A program made the translations under genes and the position numbers. DNA of 63,709 bases, the filler included, from Octopus bimaculoides (lineage: Eukaryota): NCBI RefSeq assembly GCF_001194135.2. It is 6 parts of 6 records of this genome, joined end to end, with 100 filler letters (N's around TTAATTAATTAA, not from the genome) between each part and the next. Parts side by side here need not be neighbours in the genome. Positions count along the whole stretch, not along the records: positions 24,526 to 40,647 come from NC_069002.1; 5 more parts are not named here. One strand, written 5' to 3'. The notes beneath the pieces are model-generated. The model had not been told where the DNA came from, ran no database searches, and was given only the letters and a program-made list of their open reading frames with translations. Positions 25,049 to 37,620 of the stretch are shown here, one piece after another (within the stretch, counting starts at the first letter, position 1; every line of letters begins with the position of its first letter).

Positions 25049-26180
25049 GGTTAAATTTTGCTTTGTATTTGTACAAGTTAGAAGTTCATGTTGGTGTCAT
25101 GCCTCGGGTGACATATATTTGGTTTTGCACATAGTATTGTTCTAGAAAATGTTTAAGAAACCATAAGAAAATTATAAGTATATTTTAAAATTTGAGATTA
25201 AATAGTATTTTACGTAAGATAGAGGCAGTTCCCATGAGCACTATCTTTTGAATTTCTGCCATGTTCGGCTTTCCTGATATCTGAGCTAGGTAGCAATCAG
25301 CCCGTTTTGCTATCATTCCCAGGGCACCTATGACAACAGATATTATTTTAGTCTTCAGGTTCCACATTTTGCCAATATCTATTTCAAGATCTTTATACTT
25401 GCTCAGTTTTTGGTAGGTCTTGACAGATACATTTATACCGATTGGGAGAGTCATATCAATGAGGAGGCATGATTTTTGTCTGAAGTCTTTCAATATAATA
25501 TATTCCCTATTTGCATCCGCCTTTCTGTCAGTTTGAATGGTGAGGTTCCAGAGGAGTGAGATGTGATCATTTCCAAGCACTGTAGGTGATTTGTGTTCCC
25601 ACCAGTTTTTATCATGGGGCAGGTCCAGTTTTTTTCAAATTATCCAGTGAATATATTGTGCAGCTCTATCAGACCTGTTGAGATACTCTTTAGTCACAAG
25701 AAGACTACACATGGAGACAGCATGATCAATGGTTTCATTTTATTGTTGACATACACGACATGTTGGGAACCTGCCGTTCTTTAATATGTTGGCCAGGTAG
25801 TTTCTTGTAGGTAGGCATTGATTTTGGGCTGCTATGATAAACCCTTCTGTTTCTGATTTTAAGCCAGAAGCCATTAACCATTGATGGGTAAAGGCTTCGT
25901 CAACATCGGCATTATCAGCCTCCCTCTTTTCTTGTCAGATACGGTCGTTCTAAATCTGACTTAGGGTGGTGCATTCTATGCATTGTCAAAAATAATCGTA
26001 TTTTTCTGTCAAGATTGCATATTTCAGTAATTGACCAGTTAATGATATTGAAACTGTAAGTCACAACTGCTACGGCTAAAGTATTGATCGCTTCAATCCT
26101 GTTTCTTCCATTCAGCTCTATCTTGCGTATTGCTCTTAACCTGCGATAACATTCTCTTCTGATGCTTTTCCTCATCACTG
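25048..26180 (-). mobile_element. 3' half of an R4/Dong-type REL-endonuclease LINE
   Basis: Post-RT domain (LNGRNRIEAINTLAV..VTYSF...MHHPKSD.ER.YL.RKEGG), RHD-like region and REL domain (LWN.TIQTD...LLIDM...KLSKYKDL..VVIGALG); followed by (TAA)n. Confidence 0.88.
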
Positions 26181-26329
26181 AATGTTTGAGTCCGTTACAA
26201 ATATTCGAAAGTCGGTATACCCATCATGACTACCCATATGATGAGGATATAAAAGGCACATGCATCACAACCATGTGTGTGTGACACGGTGATTTCATAT
26301 CAAGACACATGACCTTGAATGGTGAAGTT

Positions 26330-26480
26330 TCAGAGGAGTGAGATGTGATCATTTTCAAGCACTGGAGGTGATGTGTATTCCCACCAGTTTTTTATCATGG
26401 GGCAGGTCCAGTTTTTTTTCAAATTATCCAGTGAATATATTGTGCAGTTCTATCAGGCCTGTTGAGATACTCCATAGGCG
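26330..26480 (-). mobile_element. Second short R4/Dong fragment duplicating 25552-25690
   Basis: Direct sequence similarity to 25552-25690. Confidence 0.75.
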
Positions 26481-26494
26481 CATGAAGACTACAC

Positions 26495-26810
26495 ATGGAG
26501 TCAAACAGCACATGACTTTGCAGGTGGGGCCCACTTAGAATGTTCTTCCGGTCTCGTAGACCATCCCATTCAAAATGTCCTTGAATAAGTGTCGTTGAAA
26601 GATTTTGAACGAAACACACGTTTCTAGAGGTGAATTATTCAAACCGCAAAGAATTTCTCTCAACACATGTCTATGATGCTTTCCCACAATTTTTGCTCAT
26701 AATCAGAGATGCCCATATAGTCATACACTAAGGGTCGTTCTCAACTGGTTAAGGTCAAACATCTGATAAACAAATCTGTAGTATCGATCAGAATATTTGC
26801 TGTTACCCAT
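26495..26810 (+). mobile_element. Interspersed repeat family D (aaacagcacatgacc...gaattattcaaacc...)
   Basis: Further copies at 55029-55297 and 59225-59560. Confidence 0.75.
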
Positions 26811-28644
26811 ATTTTATACCAAGTCAAAGGACTACGCGATAACCCTCTCAAACGATTGTTGTTGTTGCTGCTGTTGTTCTTGCCGCTGCTGCTGTTGTTT
26901 TTTGTTGTCGTCGTTGTTGTTCTTGCTGTTGTTGTTATACCTGAATTAATTTACATAGGCGTATGGTAACAACCTACTCGATTTTATGCACTTAATATAG
27001 AGCGAATCAAGTTTAGAAGAAGCAAAATATACTGGTGTACGCTGTGCATTAGTTATTAAGATTTATTTGGCAAATTTCCTTTTGAAATGCTTAGCGTAAT
27101 TATCAATCTGTTGAGAGTTCTGGCTACATAAACATGGCCAGAAGATAAAGACTAAATAAAAGAGTCTCTCTGTGAATGAGAAATAATTACAAAGTAAAGA
27201 CGTTAAATTAAAGTAAACGGTGAAGAGCGATTATTGTTCTTCACACTGTATGTTTTAATCAAAATTGTTGTTATTGATATATTGAGAGAATCGACAAAAT
27301 CTAAATCATAAGATGTTTCATAACAAAATAGATTTAACTAGAAGCAGCAACTATGCTAGAATGGAATCCTACAATAAAGCAGGTTTTCTTGAAAAGCTTA
27401 AAATACTGGAGGAACATAATATTAGTGTCATAGGAAGACATAACTTTATTGAACATGTGGAAATCACTCGTAACATAACGCCGCAAATACAAATAGTAAA
27501 ACCTCGTTAATCAATTGAATTGATTCATAGAAAACAAATAAAATTCCATGAAGTATTCTGTAGAAATTGCGGAATATCATCAGAAAAATTACATTGGAAG
27601 CTATGAAAAATAAAAAGTATCACGTGGAGTACGCAAGCTCCAAATTGTTGGTCTCCACCGCTGTTGGCTCCACCAACAACAAAGATGCGTCGTAAATCAC
27701 GGTAAAGCAAACGCTGTAATAGTACAATAGGGTGTTGATCCTAAGTATTATATGTCCTCCTTGATATATTTTAGCTACACAGTATAGGCCGAGAGACTAT
27801 GAAAACTAAGAAAAGCTATATCTGTACTTTACATTTCTTTACATTGCCAATGACATGTTATAAAGTTTGGCGATCTCTGTTTTTCATTCTAAAATAAGAC
27901 TTAAGTGTTCAATGAGAATAATCAATACTTATCAAACTAAAATTTACATATAACATATCTCAGCTAATGATATGTGATTGATGTGCAGACAGTAAGCAAA
28001 TGAATCTTGTATCGTTGAAATATAGTCTGTATTTTTACTGTACAAATTAGACAGAAATAGATTTGTACAAAGCTAGTGAACTTGGTGCAACTGAAAATAT
28101 CAGCTCGGTTGAAATAACTATACATAACAACACAACAGAAATGGATACAGGCACAAAAACGTGCATCGATTGTGAGAGAATTTATATATTCAACTGCTGT
28201 TGTACCTCTTGCTACTTCGAGTTCCATGAACATAGACAGCTAATAAACACAACACATATTTATAGATAGATAAGTACGTGCACACTCATGTATTAATAGG
28301 TATTTATATATTAATACGTTTGCCTATTTATGACTATCACCTATCTGTTACGCTCCACACGAACACACATATATATAGGTATGCATCCGTGTATAGATAC
28401 ACCCCCCATATATATATATATATATACGCATAATTAGAATGTTACTTCTAGGAACCCCTAACGGAAATATAACTGCATGTAAAATATGTCATCCGTTGAA
28501 TCTAAATATGTATACATACAGAGATACATATGTTTATGTATATATATACATAGATATATTTACTTATGTATATATACATATAAATATATGTATATATAAT
28601 GTATATATATGTATGTATTATGTGTGTATATACACGTATATATA

Positions 28645-28684
<40 letters not shown>

Positions 28685-28759
28685 NNNNNNNNNNGCTGGG
28701 GAAGCAAATGTTACACTATTTCACAGCAACCACTACACCAAATTGTAAGATAAACATCT

Positions 28760-29070
28760 TGAGAGTTTTACAGACTTTTACAGTTCCAGTGGTGGATTGG
28801 ATCTGAAGTCTTCGAATTACCACTCTCCTTAGTTCTGCTTCGCTTACATTTTATTGAGGTCTTCACCGGTACATTCCACCAGTATTCCTTTTTATTATGA
28901 GTGGCTATGGCTTCTACCACATTATGGATTCTTATTTCTTTGTCCTCGGGATTATCCTTCCAACAGATCTCATTATAGAGTATCCTAGCTACAATATCAT
29001 GTCTCATCGGTAGATATGTTTGGATAACTGCTTAGGATGTGGCTGATATCTTCAGTGTGAACTCTACAAA
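28760..29070 (-). mobile_element. R4/CRE-type REL LINE fragment (RHDIVARILY...WWNVPVKT)
   Basis: RHD motif after the CCHC region and W.N/D motif at the start of REL. Confidence 0.65.
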
Positions 29071-30740
29071 GTCTGCATCGGTTGTCATTTTTTACGGCTC
29101 TTCCTGCATCTCTGCCCTTTTATGCATATACTTCAAAGCGGGAGCATATGTATGTGTGTATGTATGTATGTATGTATGTATGTATATTGTACGTATATTG
29201 TATATTGTATGTATATATGTATGTATGTATGTATGTATGCACGCATGCATGTATGTACATACGTATGTATGTATGTATGTATGTATGTGTGTATGTATGC
29301 ATGCTTATATATTTTCATAATATTCATAGCTAATATATATGTGTGTGTGTGCAAATATGTACCAGTATGCTTTCCCCCAGAAATGAAACCATCAATTATA
29401 ATAAAGGAAAGCTCTCATTACTAGTTTGATTGGTCGGAATAAAATACTTTGAGCAACTGGGGCCTAATGTGGCTTACATCATTCTACTTTCATAATACTT
29501 ATATTTAGCGCAATTCTAACGTTCCTTGAAGTTTTCAAGTTATTAACAAAATGATTTGCTGCGTTTGAATGCGATGTTAAGGGAGATAAACCCGACACAC
29601 AGCTGAGGAAATATTTTCTCTGTCCTTAGCATGTGATTTTCTAAGGGAAAAGAAACACGCAACAAAATTGAAGAATTAGAAAAGTTGTTGAGAAAAAAAT
29701 TAATACCAAAAGTTAGGAAGAAAAAATTCCAGGAGAAGAAAGAGTTTTCGGGGGAAAACATATGTATGTATTTAGACAGGAAATAGAAAGATGGCGAGAT
29801 GGAAACGTATCCGTATGGACACATTAACACAAAAGTGTTGAAGGAGTAGAACATGTCGTTATGCAAAATAATATATAATAATAATTTACTTAAATGAAAT
29901 AATAAATGTATACATTTTCCCCGCAGCAGAGTATTTATGGAACTCCATAAACACGTGTTTATGAGAAACACGTGTCACCAAACTTATTTGCTGGATGCTG
30001 TATTTTAGCTAACACTGGAAATTTAACTAATCTCTTCAACTTCATCTGTCCCTATGTCCCCTACTACTTCATTCGACATCCAGAATCTGTTTGGCGACCC
30101 TTTCCTGCAAGATTCTAGCCACATATTCAGAGATATAAGCAATCATTGAAGAGAAATATCGGATCGCGCAAGGTAGGTTCACTGTTCTCCGAATTCCACA
30201 CCATTTCGGACAGCCAAGCCACCAGAAATACCTGTTCGTCTCCTATAATTCTTATTCAACCCCCTTTAATTTCTGATATCATTTCCATTGTGTGTAAGTC
30301 GGATCACTTTTTATATGTAAACATATGTACATTTTTTGTATGAAATGCATTTAGTATGTTTTGTATGTCCACTAGCCTAACTTGCTTATCCTTATCATTT
30401 ACTCATCGTCCTTAGTCGAAAGACATATGTTGTTATGTCATGTTATTATTCTCACTGTATTTGTGTAACATTGTTTTTTCCGTCCTTGTTTTTGTATACA
30501 TTCGCTGCTTTCTTCCAGGGAATCTAATGCTCTTAGTTTGTTTTTTTTCCTTAGGGCTGGCCAGATTGGAGCAATATCGAGACTAGCCAGCCGAAATTGC
30601 AAGGATAATCTGGATCTCGTCTGAAGAGGGAAAACTCCTAATGACCTGTCGTGTTTTCTTTGTATCGTCTATCTCTATGTTTTGTCCCATTCTTGTATCA
30701 TTTAACTGTCTAAATGTTTTGCGTTCTTGTCCCATTCTGC

Positions 30741-30780
<40 letters not shown>

Positions 30781-30781
<1 letters not shown>

Positions 30782-31023
30782 ATTTAAATAGGAGCTATAA
30801 CGCGATCCATCGTAAAAAAACTTGTTTAATGACCTATGCACCTTTCGATGCAATATCCAGACTCGCTCCTGTATGTTATAAATTAATCAAATCTGACCCT
30901 GAAGAAATATAATATTCCATTTTTTATAACATACAGGAGTGATTCTGGATATTGCATCGAAATGTGCATAGGTCATTAAACAAGTTTTTTACGATGGAAC
31001 GCGTTATAGCACTTATTTAAATT
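30781..31023. repeat. Foldback element, ~100-bp arms and ~40-bp loop
   Basis: 30781-30882 is the reverse complement of ~30922-31023 with few mismatches. Confidence 0.9.
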
Positions 31024-31063
31024 GGCATGCACACAGAATTGTATGATTAACAACCTTTCGTAT

Positions 31064-32015
31064 GAGGTTCATCAGTACGACTGTTCGATTCAATATAATT
31101 TGCAGAACAATACACGGATTGTCCACATAAAATTAGACATGTGTACAGTTCTACCGATTACATTGGAGTTATTTTCAAAAGTCTCAGCCCTGACGCGCTA
31201 AATAACGGAAACAATTCCACAGAAGATAATTCACTGCAGTAAACGTTGCCGGCTAGAGAACATAATTATTAAAATTATGTAAGCAAAAATTACATTAATC
31301 CATTAATTTGCGAAACCTGGTCTGCGACTAATTCTTTATTTTTGTATATTTTCATTTGTCTTGCCCGTTCATGTTCTGGTGTGCGCTGAATTTCCCCGGA
31401 GAACATTCTTTTCTTTTGTGGTTTGACCGTTGATGGTTGATTTCTAGCATAAAGGATGTCCACTTAGTGGTCATCCCTTCTTACATGTATGTAATATAAT
31501 GTTTCTGAATTTTCAGAATTTTCTTTACGCAAGGCCACTGGGTTTAAATTGGTGTTAATTGAATTAATATCCAATTATGTTCTCTAGCTGGTAACGGTTA
31601 CTGCAGTGAATTATCTTCTGTGGAATTGTTTCTGGTATTTAGCGCGCCAGAGCTGAGACATTATAAAATAACTTCAATGTAATCCGTAGAACTGTATACA
31701 TGTCTAATTTTATGTGGACAATCCGTGTATTGTTCTGAAAATTATATTGAATCGAACAGTCGTACTGATGAGCCTCTAATGGGTTATGCAAGTAAAACTT
31801 ACATAAATTCATTCATGTGCTAAACTTGGTCTACGACTAATTCTTTATTTTTGCATATTTTCATTTGTCTTGCCCGTTCATGTTCTGGTGTGCGCTGAAT
31901 TTCCGTGGAGAACATTCTTTTCTTTTGTGGTTTGACCGTTGATGGTCCGTTTCTATCTTAGTGGTCAAATCACAAAAGAAATGACAACTTAGTGGTCATC
32001 CCTTCTCACATGTAT
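31064..32015 (+). mobile_element. Non-coding retrozyme/PLE-like element: inverted arm plus ~510-nt tandem unit bounded by hammerhead motifs
   Basis: Inverted repeat 31064-31267 / 31573-31776; direct repeat 31310-31490 / 31820-32015. Confidence 0.8.
31759..31837 (+). ncRNA. Type I hammerhead ribozyme motif (this copy has GAAA>UAAA)
   Basis: Stem I GUCGUA/UACGAC; core CUGAUGA; long stem II; UAAAC-UUG-GUC. The sister copy at 31312-31328 retains GAAAC-CUG-GUC-UGCGAC. Confidence 0.8.
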
Positions 32016-32029
32016 ATATATCTATATAT

Positions 32030-35000
32030 GGGAGAATGTACGAAAAAAACAACAACAGACGAGGACAGATGGTGTAAACAACAAAAGGATGTATTAGTTT
32101 GACGCTGGGAAATACAGAAAGTCTTTAACGTTTCGATCTACGCTCTTCAACAGAAAAATTACGGAGAAAACAAGGAGAAAAACACCGAGAAAAAAAATTG
32201 AATGGTGTTTGGTCAGCGATTAATCATGGCGTCTGCGGACATAAAGTTCACGCAGGAGAGCTAAGAAAAAGGGGAGATAACAAAAGGGGGAAGAAAGAAA
32301 CGGTGACCCACGTACGAGGAGCTGTGTGTGTGTGAGAGAGAGAATGCTCGTGATCTTGACGTATGCATGTGTGAAAAAATGGGGAGGGGAGAAAGGAGTT
32401 GGTCAGTTGTAGTGTGTGCGTGGTGTGTGTTGTGAAGTGATGTGTGGTGTGATGTGAGGGTGTTGGGAGGCAGGGAAGGCGAAGGCGGGGGAGGCGAGAG
32501 TGGGGAAGGCNNNNNNNNNNNNNNNNNNNNNNNNNNNNNNNNNNNNNNNNNNNNNNNNNNNNNNNNNNNNNNNNNNNNNNNNNNNNNNNNNNNNNNNNNN
32601 NNNNNNNNNNNNNNNNNNNNNNNNNNNNNNNNNNNNNNNNNNNNNNNNNNNNNNNNNNNNNNNNNNNNNNNNNNNNNNNNNNNNNNNNNNNNNNNNNNNN
32701 NNNNNNNNNNNNNNNNNNNNNNNNNNNNNNNNNNNNNNNNNNNNNNNNNNNNNNNNNNNNNNNNNNNNNNNNNNNNNNNNNNNNNNNNNNNNNNNNNNNN
32801 NNNNNNNNNNNNNNNNNNNNNNNNNNNNNNNNNNNNNNNNNNNNNNNNNNNNNNNNNNNNNNNNNNNNNNNNNNNNNNNNNNNNNNNNNNNNNNNNNNNN
32901 NNNNNNNNNNNNNNNNNNNNNNNNNNNNNNNNNNNNNNNNNNNNNNNNNNNNNNNNNNNNNNNNNNNNNNNNNNNNNNNNNNNNNNNNNNNNNNNNNNNN
33001 NNNNNNNNNNNNNNNNNNNNNNNNNNNNNNNNNNNNNNNNNNNNNNNNNNNNNNNNNNNNNGTTGGGCCCATATGGCGCAAAGGAGCGAACAGAGAAGAT
33101 TAATCCCTGTTCACGGCGCAAACGGGAGTCCGGATGGCCCCTGTGCATGGACAATCCAAACACGGACAGGTGTTGCTGCAAGGAATGACCGGCAGAGCGG
33201 AAATGGCGTGACACCGGGGTGTCATTGCAAACGTTGATGTCTCGGAGGCGTTCCACGAATCGGTCGGCCAGGCGGCGCCCCTTTTGTTGAGAGTAAGTCT
33301 CAAAGTCATGGCTGTCACTACAGAGCCTGCGTAGACGGAGAAATTGGGAATAGAGGATGGAAAGTTTGGTGTGTTTAGGGTGGGAGGAGGAGAAGTTAAG
33401 ATAAGAGTGTGAGTCTGTGTGTTTGTAGTGGATAGAGGTGCTAAGAGTGAAGTGATGGATGCTGACCGAAATGTCAAGAAAGGCAACAGAGGTGTCAGAG
33501 ATAGTGCAGGAGAAGTGGAGGGCAGGATGGAATGATTGAACAAAAGAGAGGAACGAGTCAAGGTGTTCGCGGGAGAGTGAGGTGGCATCGATACAGTCAT
33601 CGATATAACGACTGTATAGTTCGGGAGTAGGACCAGTGAAACTTGAGAATATTTGAGCCTCAACAGGTTCGCATAGTTGGGGCCCATTCTCGTTCCCATG
33701 GCCACTCCCAACTTGCTGGTAGAAATCACCGCGAATGAGAAGCAGTTAAGGGAGAGGACAAGTTCGGCCAGAAGAATGAGTGTGGACGTGTCGGGTTGTG
33801 GGTTGGGGCGTTGATCTAGGAAATATTTAAGTGCACGCAGCCCCTCGTCGTGAGGGATCACCGTATAGAGGCTCTGAATGTCTAGAGAGAAAAGAAGTTT
33901 AGAAGGGCCAGGAGGGAAATAGAAAGAGTTAAATAAACGAAGCCCGTGGTTGGTGTCGTGAATGTGATAAGGGAGAGAAGCCACTAGGGGGATGAGGACA
34001 CGGTCTAGGTATTTTGAGATAAACTCGGTGGGGCAGTTACAGGCGGAGACGNNNNNNNNNNNNNNNNNNNNNNNNNNNNNNNNNNNNNNNNNNNNNNNNN
34101 NNNNNNNNNNNNNNNNNNNNNNNNNNNNNNNNNNNNNNNNNNNNNNNNNNNNNNNNNNNNNNNNNNNNNNNNNNNNNNNNNNNNNNNNNNNNNNNNNNNN
34201 NNNNNNNNNNNNNNNNNNNNNNNNNNNNNNNNNNNNNNNNNNNNNNNNNNNNNNNNNNNNNNNNNNNNNNNNNNNNNNNNNNNNNNNNNNNNNNNNNNNN
34301 NNNNNNNNNNNNNNNNNNNNNNNNNNNNNNNNNNNNNNNNNNNNNNNNNNNNNNNNNNNNNNNNNNNNNNNNNNNNNNNNNNNNNNNNNNNNNNNNNNNN
34401 NNNNNNNNNNNNNNNNNNNNNNNNNNNNNNNNNNNNNNNNNNNNNNNNNNNNNNNNNNNNNNNNNNNNNNNNNNNNNNNNNNNNNNNNNNNNNNNNNNNN
34501 NNNNNNNNNNNNNNNNNNNNNNNNNNNNNNNNNNNNNNNNNNNNNNNNNNNNNNNNNNNNNNNNNNNNNNNNNNNNNNNNNNNNNNNNNNNNNNNNGGAG
34601 GGGTGGTCGGGATGGTGGAGGGTTGAGAGGGAGGGGATGGAGTGTGTGTGGGAGAGACAGGGTGGTTGGGTGTGGGTTGGGGAAGCATATCAGGGAGGGA
34701 GAATGGTGGTGGAGGGGTTGGGGTAGTGGCATCGGGTGTGGAGGAATGGAGGTGTGAGTGAAGTTTGTGAAGCTTAGTGTCGGTAAGAAATGCATGAAAG
34801 AGATGATTAAGTTGAATGATAAAGCACAATGTGTTTTGAGCATGGGAGGGTGACAGAGAGGAGAAAAGGATGGAAAAGGCTGGAGGAAGAAGGCGGTCAA
34901 AAGTGTGGACTTTAGAGAGATTGGAGAGAATGGTGGCCCGCATAAGGCGGTAGGATGTGGTGCGGAGTATGGGCAGGATGGTGGTAGAAGAGTGGAGTGT

Positions 35001-35175
35001 GGGGTGGAAATGGAGGCGGAAACCTTTAGGGATGAGGTGGTGATGTAAGCAGCGACTAAGAAATGTAATGTGACTAGAAAAACGAGTTTTCTTGAATATG
35101 AGTAAGGAGAGTCGTATAGTAGGCTGAAAGTATTGAGAGGCGGTTGTGGAGAGTGAGTTGGAAAGATTTGTAGTC
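32030..35175 (-). mobile_element. Penelope-like retroelement (N-terminal domain, RT, GIY-YIG end), gap-interrupted and frameshifted
   Basis: HITFLSRCL...LIPKGFRL N-terminus; LFSLDIQSLYTVIPH and AMGTRMGPNYANL RT motifs; PVSRHF...H...REQ.LIF C-terminus. Confidence 0.9.
32116..32156 (-). ncRNA. Degenerate minimal Penelope-type hammerhead motif
   Basis: UUGAAGAGCGUAGAUCGAAACGUU with palindromic AACGUU stem III, downstream of the PLE ORF; stem I not convincing. Confidence 0.4.
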
Positions 35176-36760
35176 NNNNNNNNNNNNNNNNNNNNNNNNN
35201 NNNNNNNNNNNNNNNNNNNNNNNNNNNNNNNNNNNNNNNNNNNNNNNNNNNNNNNNNNNNNNNNNNNNNNNNNNNNNNNNNNNNNNNNNNNNNNNNNNNN
35301 NNNNNNNNNNNNNNNNNNNNNNNNNNNNNNNNNNNNNNNNNNNNNNNNNNNNNNNNNNNNNNNNNNNNNNNNNNNNNNNNNNNNNNNNNNNNNNNNNNNN
35401 NNNNNNNNNNNNNNNNNNNNNNNNNNNNNNNNNNNNNNNNNNNNNNNNNNNNNNNNNNNNNNNNNNNNNNNNNNNNNNNNNNNNNNNNNNNNNNNNNNNN
35501 NNNNNNNNNNNNNNNNNNNNNNNNNNNNNNNNNNNNNNNNNNNNNNNNNNNNNNNNNNNNNNNNNNNNNNNNNNNNNNNNNNNNNNNNNNNNNNNNNNNN
35601 NNNNNNNNNNNNNNNNNNNNNNNNNNNNNNNNNNNNNNNNNNNNNNNNNNNNNNNNNNNNNNNNNNNNNNNNNNNNNNNNNNNNNNNNNNNNNNNNNNNN
35701 NNNNNNNNNNNNNNNNNNNNNNNNNNNNNNNNNNNNNNNNNNNNNNNNNNNNNNNNNNNNNNNNNNNNNNNNNNNNNNNNNNNNNNNNNNNNNNNNNNNN
35801 NNNNNNNNNNNNNNNNNNNNNNNNNNNNNNNNNNNNNNNNNNNNNNNNNNNNNNNNNNNNNNNNNNNNNNNNNNNNNNNNNNNNNNNNNNNNNNNNNNNN
35901 NNNNNNNNNNNNNNNNNNNNNNNNNNNNNNNNNNNNNNNNNNNNNNNNNNNNNNNNNNNNNNNNNNNNNNNNNNNNNNNNNNNNNNNNNNNNNNNNNNNN
36001 NNNNNNNNNNNNNNNNNNNNNNNNNNNNNNNNNNNNNNNNNNNNNNNNNNNNNNNNNTTATATATATAAATTTATATATATATATATATATATATGTATA
36101 CAATCTTACGTATAGAAGTATATTTACAGTGTGTCCCAGAATTGATTATTTCAGTGAAATCGGACAATTTTTTAAAAGCTTTCTTTGATTCATGTTTAAT
36201 ATGTGGTAAAATTGTATAAAGTTATTATTTTGTTTATAATTTTATAAATCATATTATTTTTTGTAATTTTATTTTCATTACTTTCGGATCCCTCTTATCT
36301 GTCCACGACAACATCTTTGAATTTAGCTGCAATAATTATTTCTAGCTCTATCCCCAAGATTGAGCAATAGTTTAGTTTAACTCTAGTGCCTACCTTGAAG
36401 AAAATAGATCGATAGCAACATTTTCCTTTCATGGCAAAATATGCACCTAATTGAATAAAATCCTGAAGACTACTATGATCACTATGTATAAAATGCAAAA
36501 TGTTTCATTAGATTAGGTAGATATAATTCGTCCCTGCTTTTCAATCTCAGAATCTAACCTACGCATAATACTGCTGTAGTACACGTACTGCATACATTCC
36601 TACAGCAGCATTTTATTTACGTGCAATAAAGGCAGATGTAAATCTGCCTACAACTCCGTCGCGTGTCTGTGTTTCGCTTATTTTTGTGAGTTTTACTCCC
36701 TTAAAGGTAACCACCTGCCTACTTTGAGTAATCACCGACAGCACGCACCTGATATATATT

Positions 36761-36811
<51 letters not shown>

Positions 36812-37525
36812 GGGCATATATCTATCAATCAATGCACTTTGCAAATTTAGCTTTTTTAGTTTATACCTGCAATTTGAAATGCTTGACATAGTATGGGTAA
36901 CACATTGCAGTGAGTTTAATTATTTTCTGATAACCATTGGATGTGGCCTTATAAATTTAAATTCAGGTTGTAAAAATATTTGTTGATAACACCAACAAAC
37001 TTGACTGCGATTAAAGGAGCACTAATTATCAAAATCTCAAGTGGATCTTTAGAAATAATATTGTGAAGAGACTAATCAAAGGTGAAATCTCCGTCCCCAT
37101 ATTTCAATGCTATTTTGCTCTTAAGGGTGAGCTCGGTTTTTATAGCACTGCATGTGCTTCTGTTCAACTTGTCACAATTTAGAGAGCAGGATGAAGGTTT
37201 AAGCCAATTGTTTAAAGATTGATGTTGGAAATATAAAGGATTTCTAAGGCTTTAATGCCACGTTGAACACAAAGCTCCGTAGAAGATCTTTTGCATAGTC
37301 TCAAGGATGAAGATTTTCATAATTGTATTGCAGATAACAGCGATATTGCATTAACCTAAGGTTATCAAATCATCAGATTATCGGCTTTCTGATTAAATCC
37401 CGAAAATTGACAAGTACATTTCTCCGCCGAACATGATAATAAAAACAAAAGCATTATAAAAATGACGTGACCTGAAGCATAATCAGCCATGGATAAGATA
37501 CTTTCTTTTTCCCAACATAATTCCA

Positions 37526-37620
37526 GTTTCCCCGAGCAACAGGTTATGTAAAGAGTGTATGCGCGAATACGAAATTATCACCGGAAGTTTGAAACACAGA
37601 AGAATACACTAACCGGAAAT
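37526..37620. promoter_or_regulatory. Candidate promoter motifs (X-box-like GTTTCCCCGAGCAAC; ETS ACCGGAAGT and ACCGGAAAT)
   Basis: Motifs at 37526-37540, 37580-37588 and 37612-37620 in CpG-retaining unique sequence. Confidence 0.3.

Noticed and set aside
27313-27605. 65-aa ORF with a possible continuation after the stop; also ORFs at 27964-28269
   Set aside because: No recognisable motif or splice-compatible structure.
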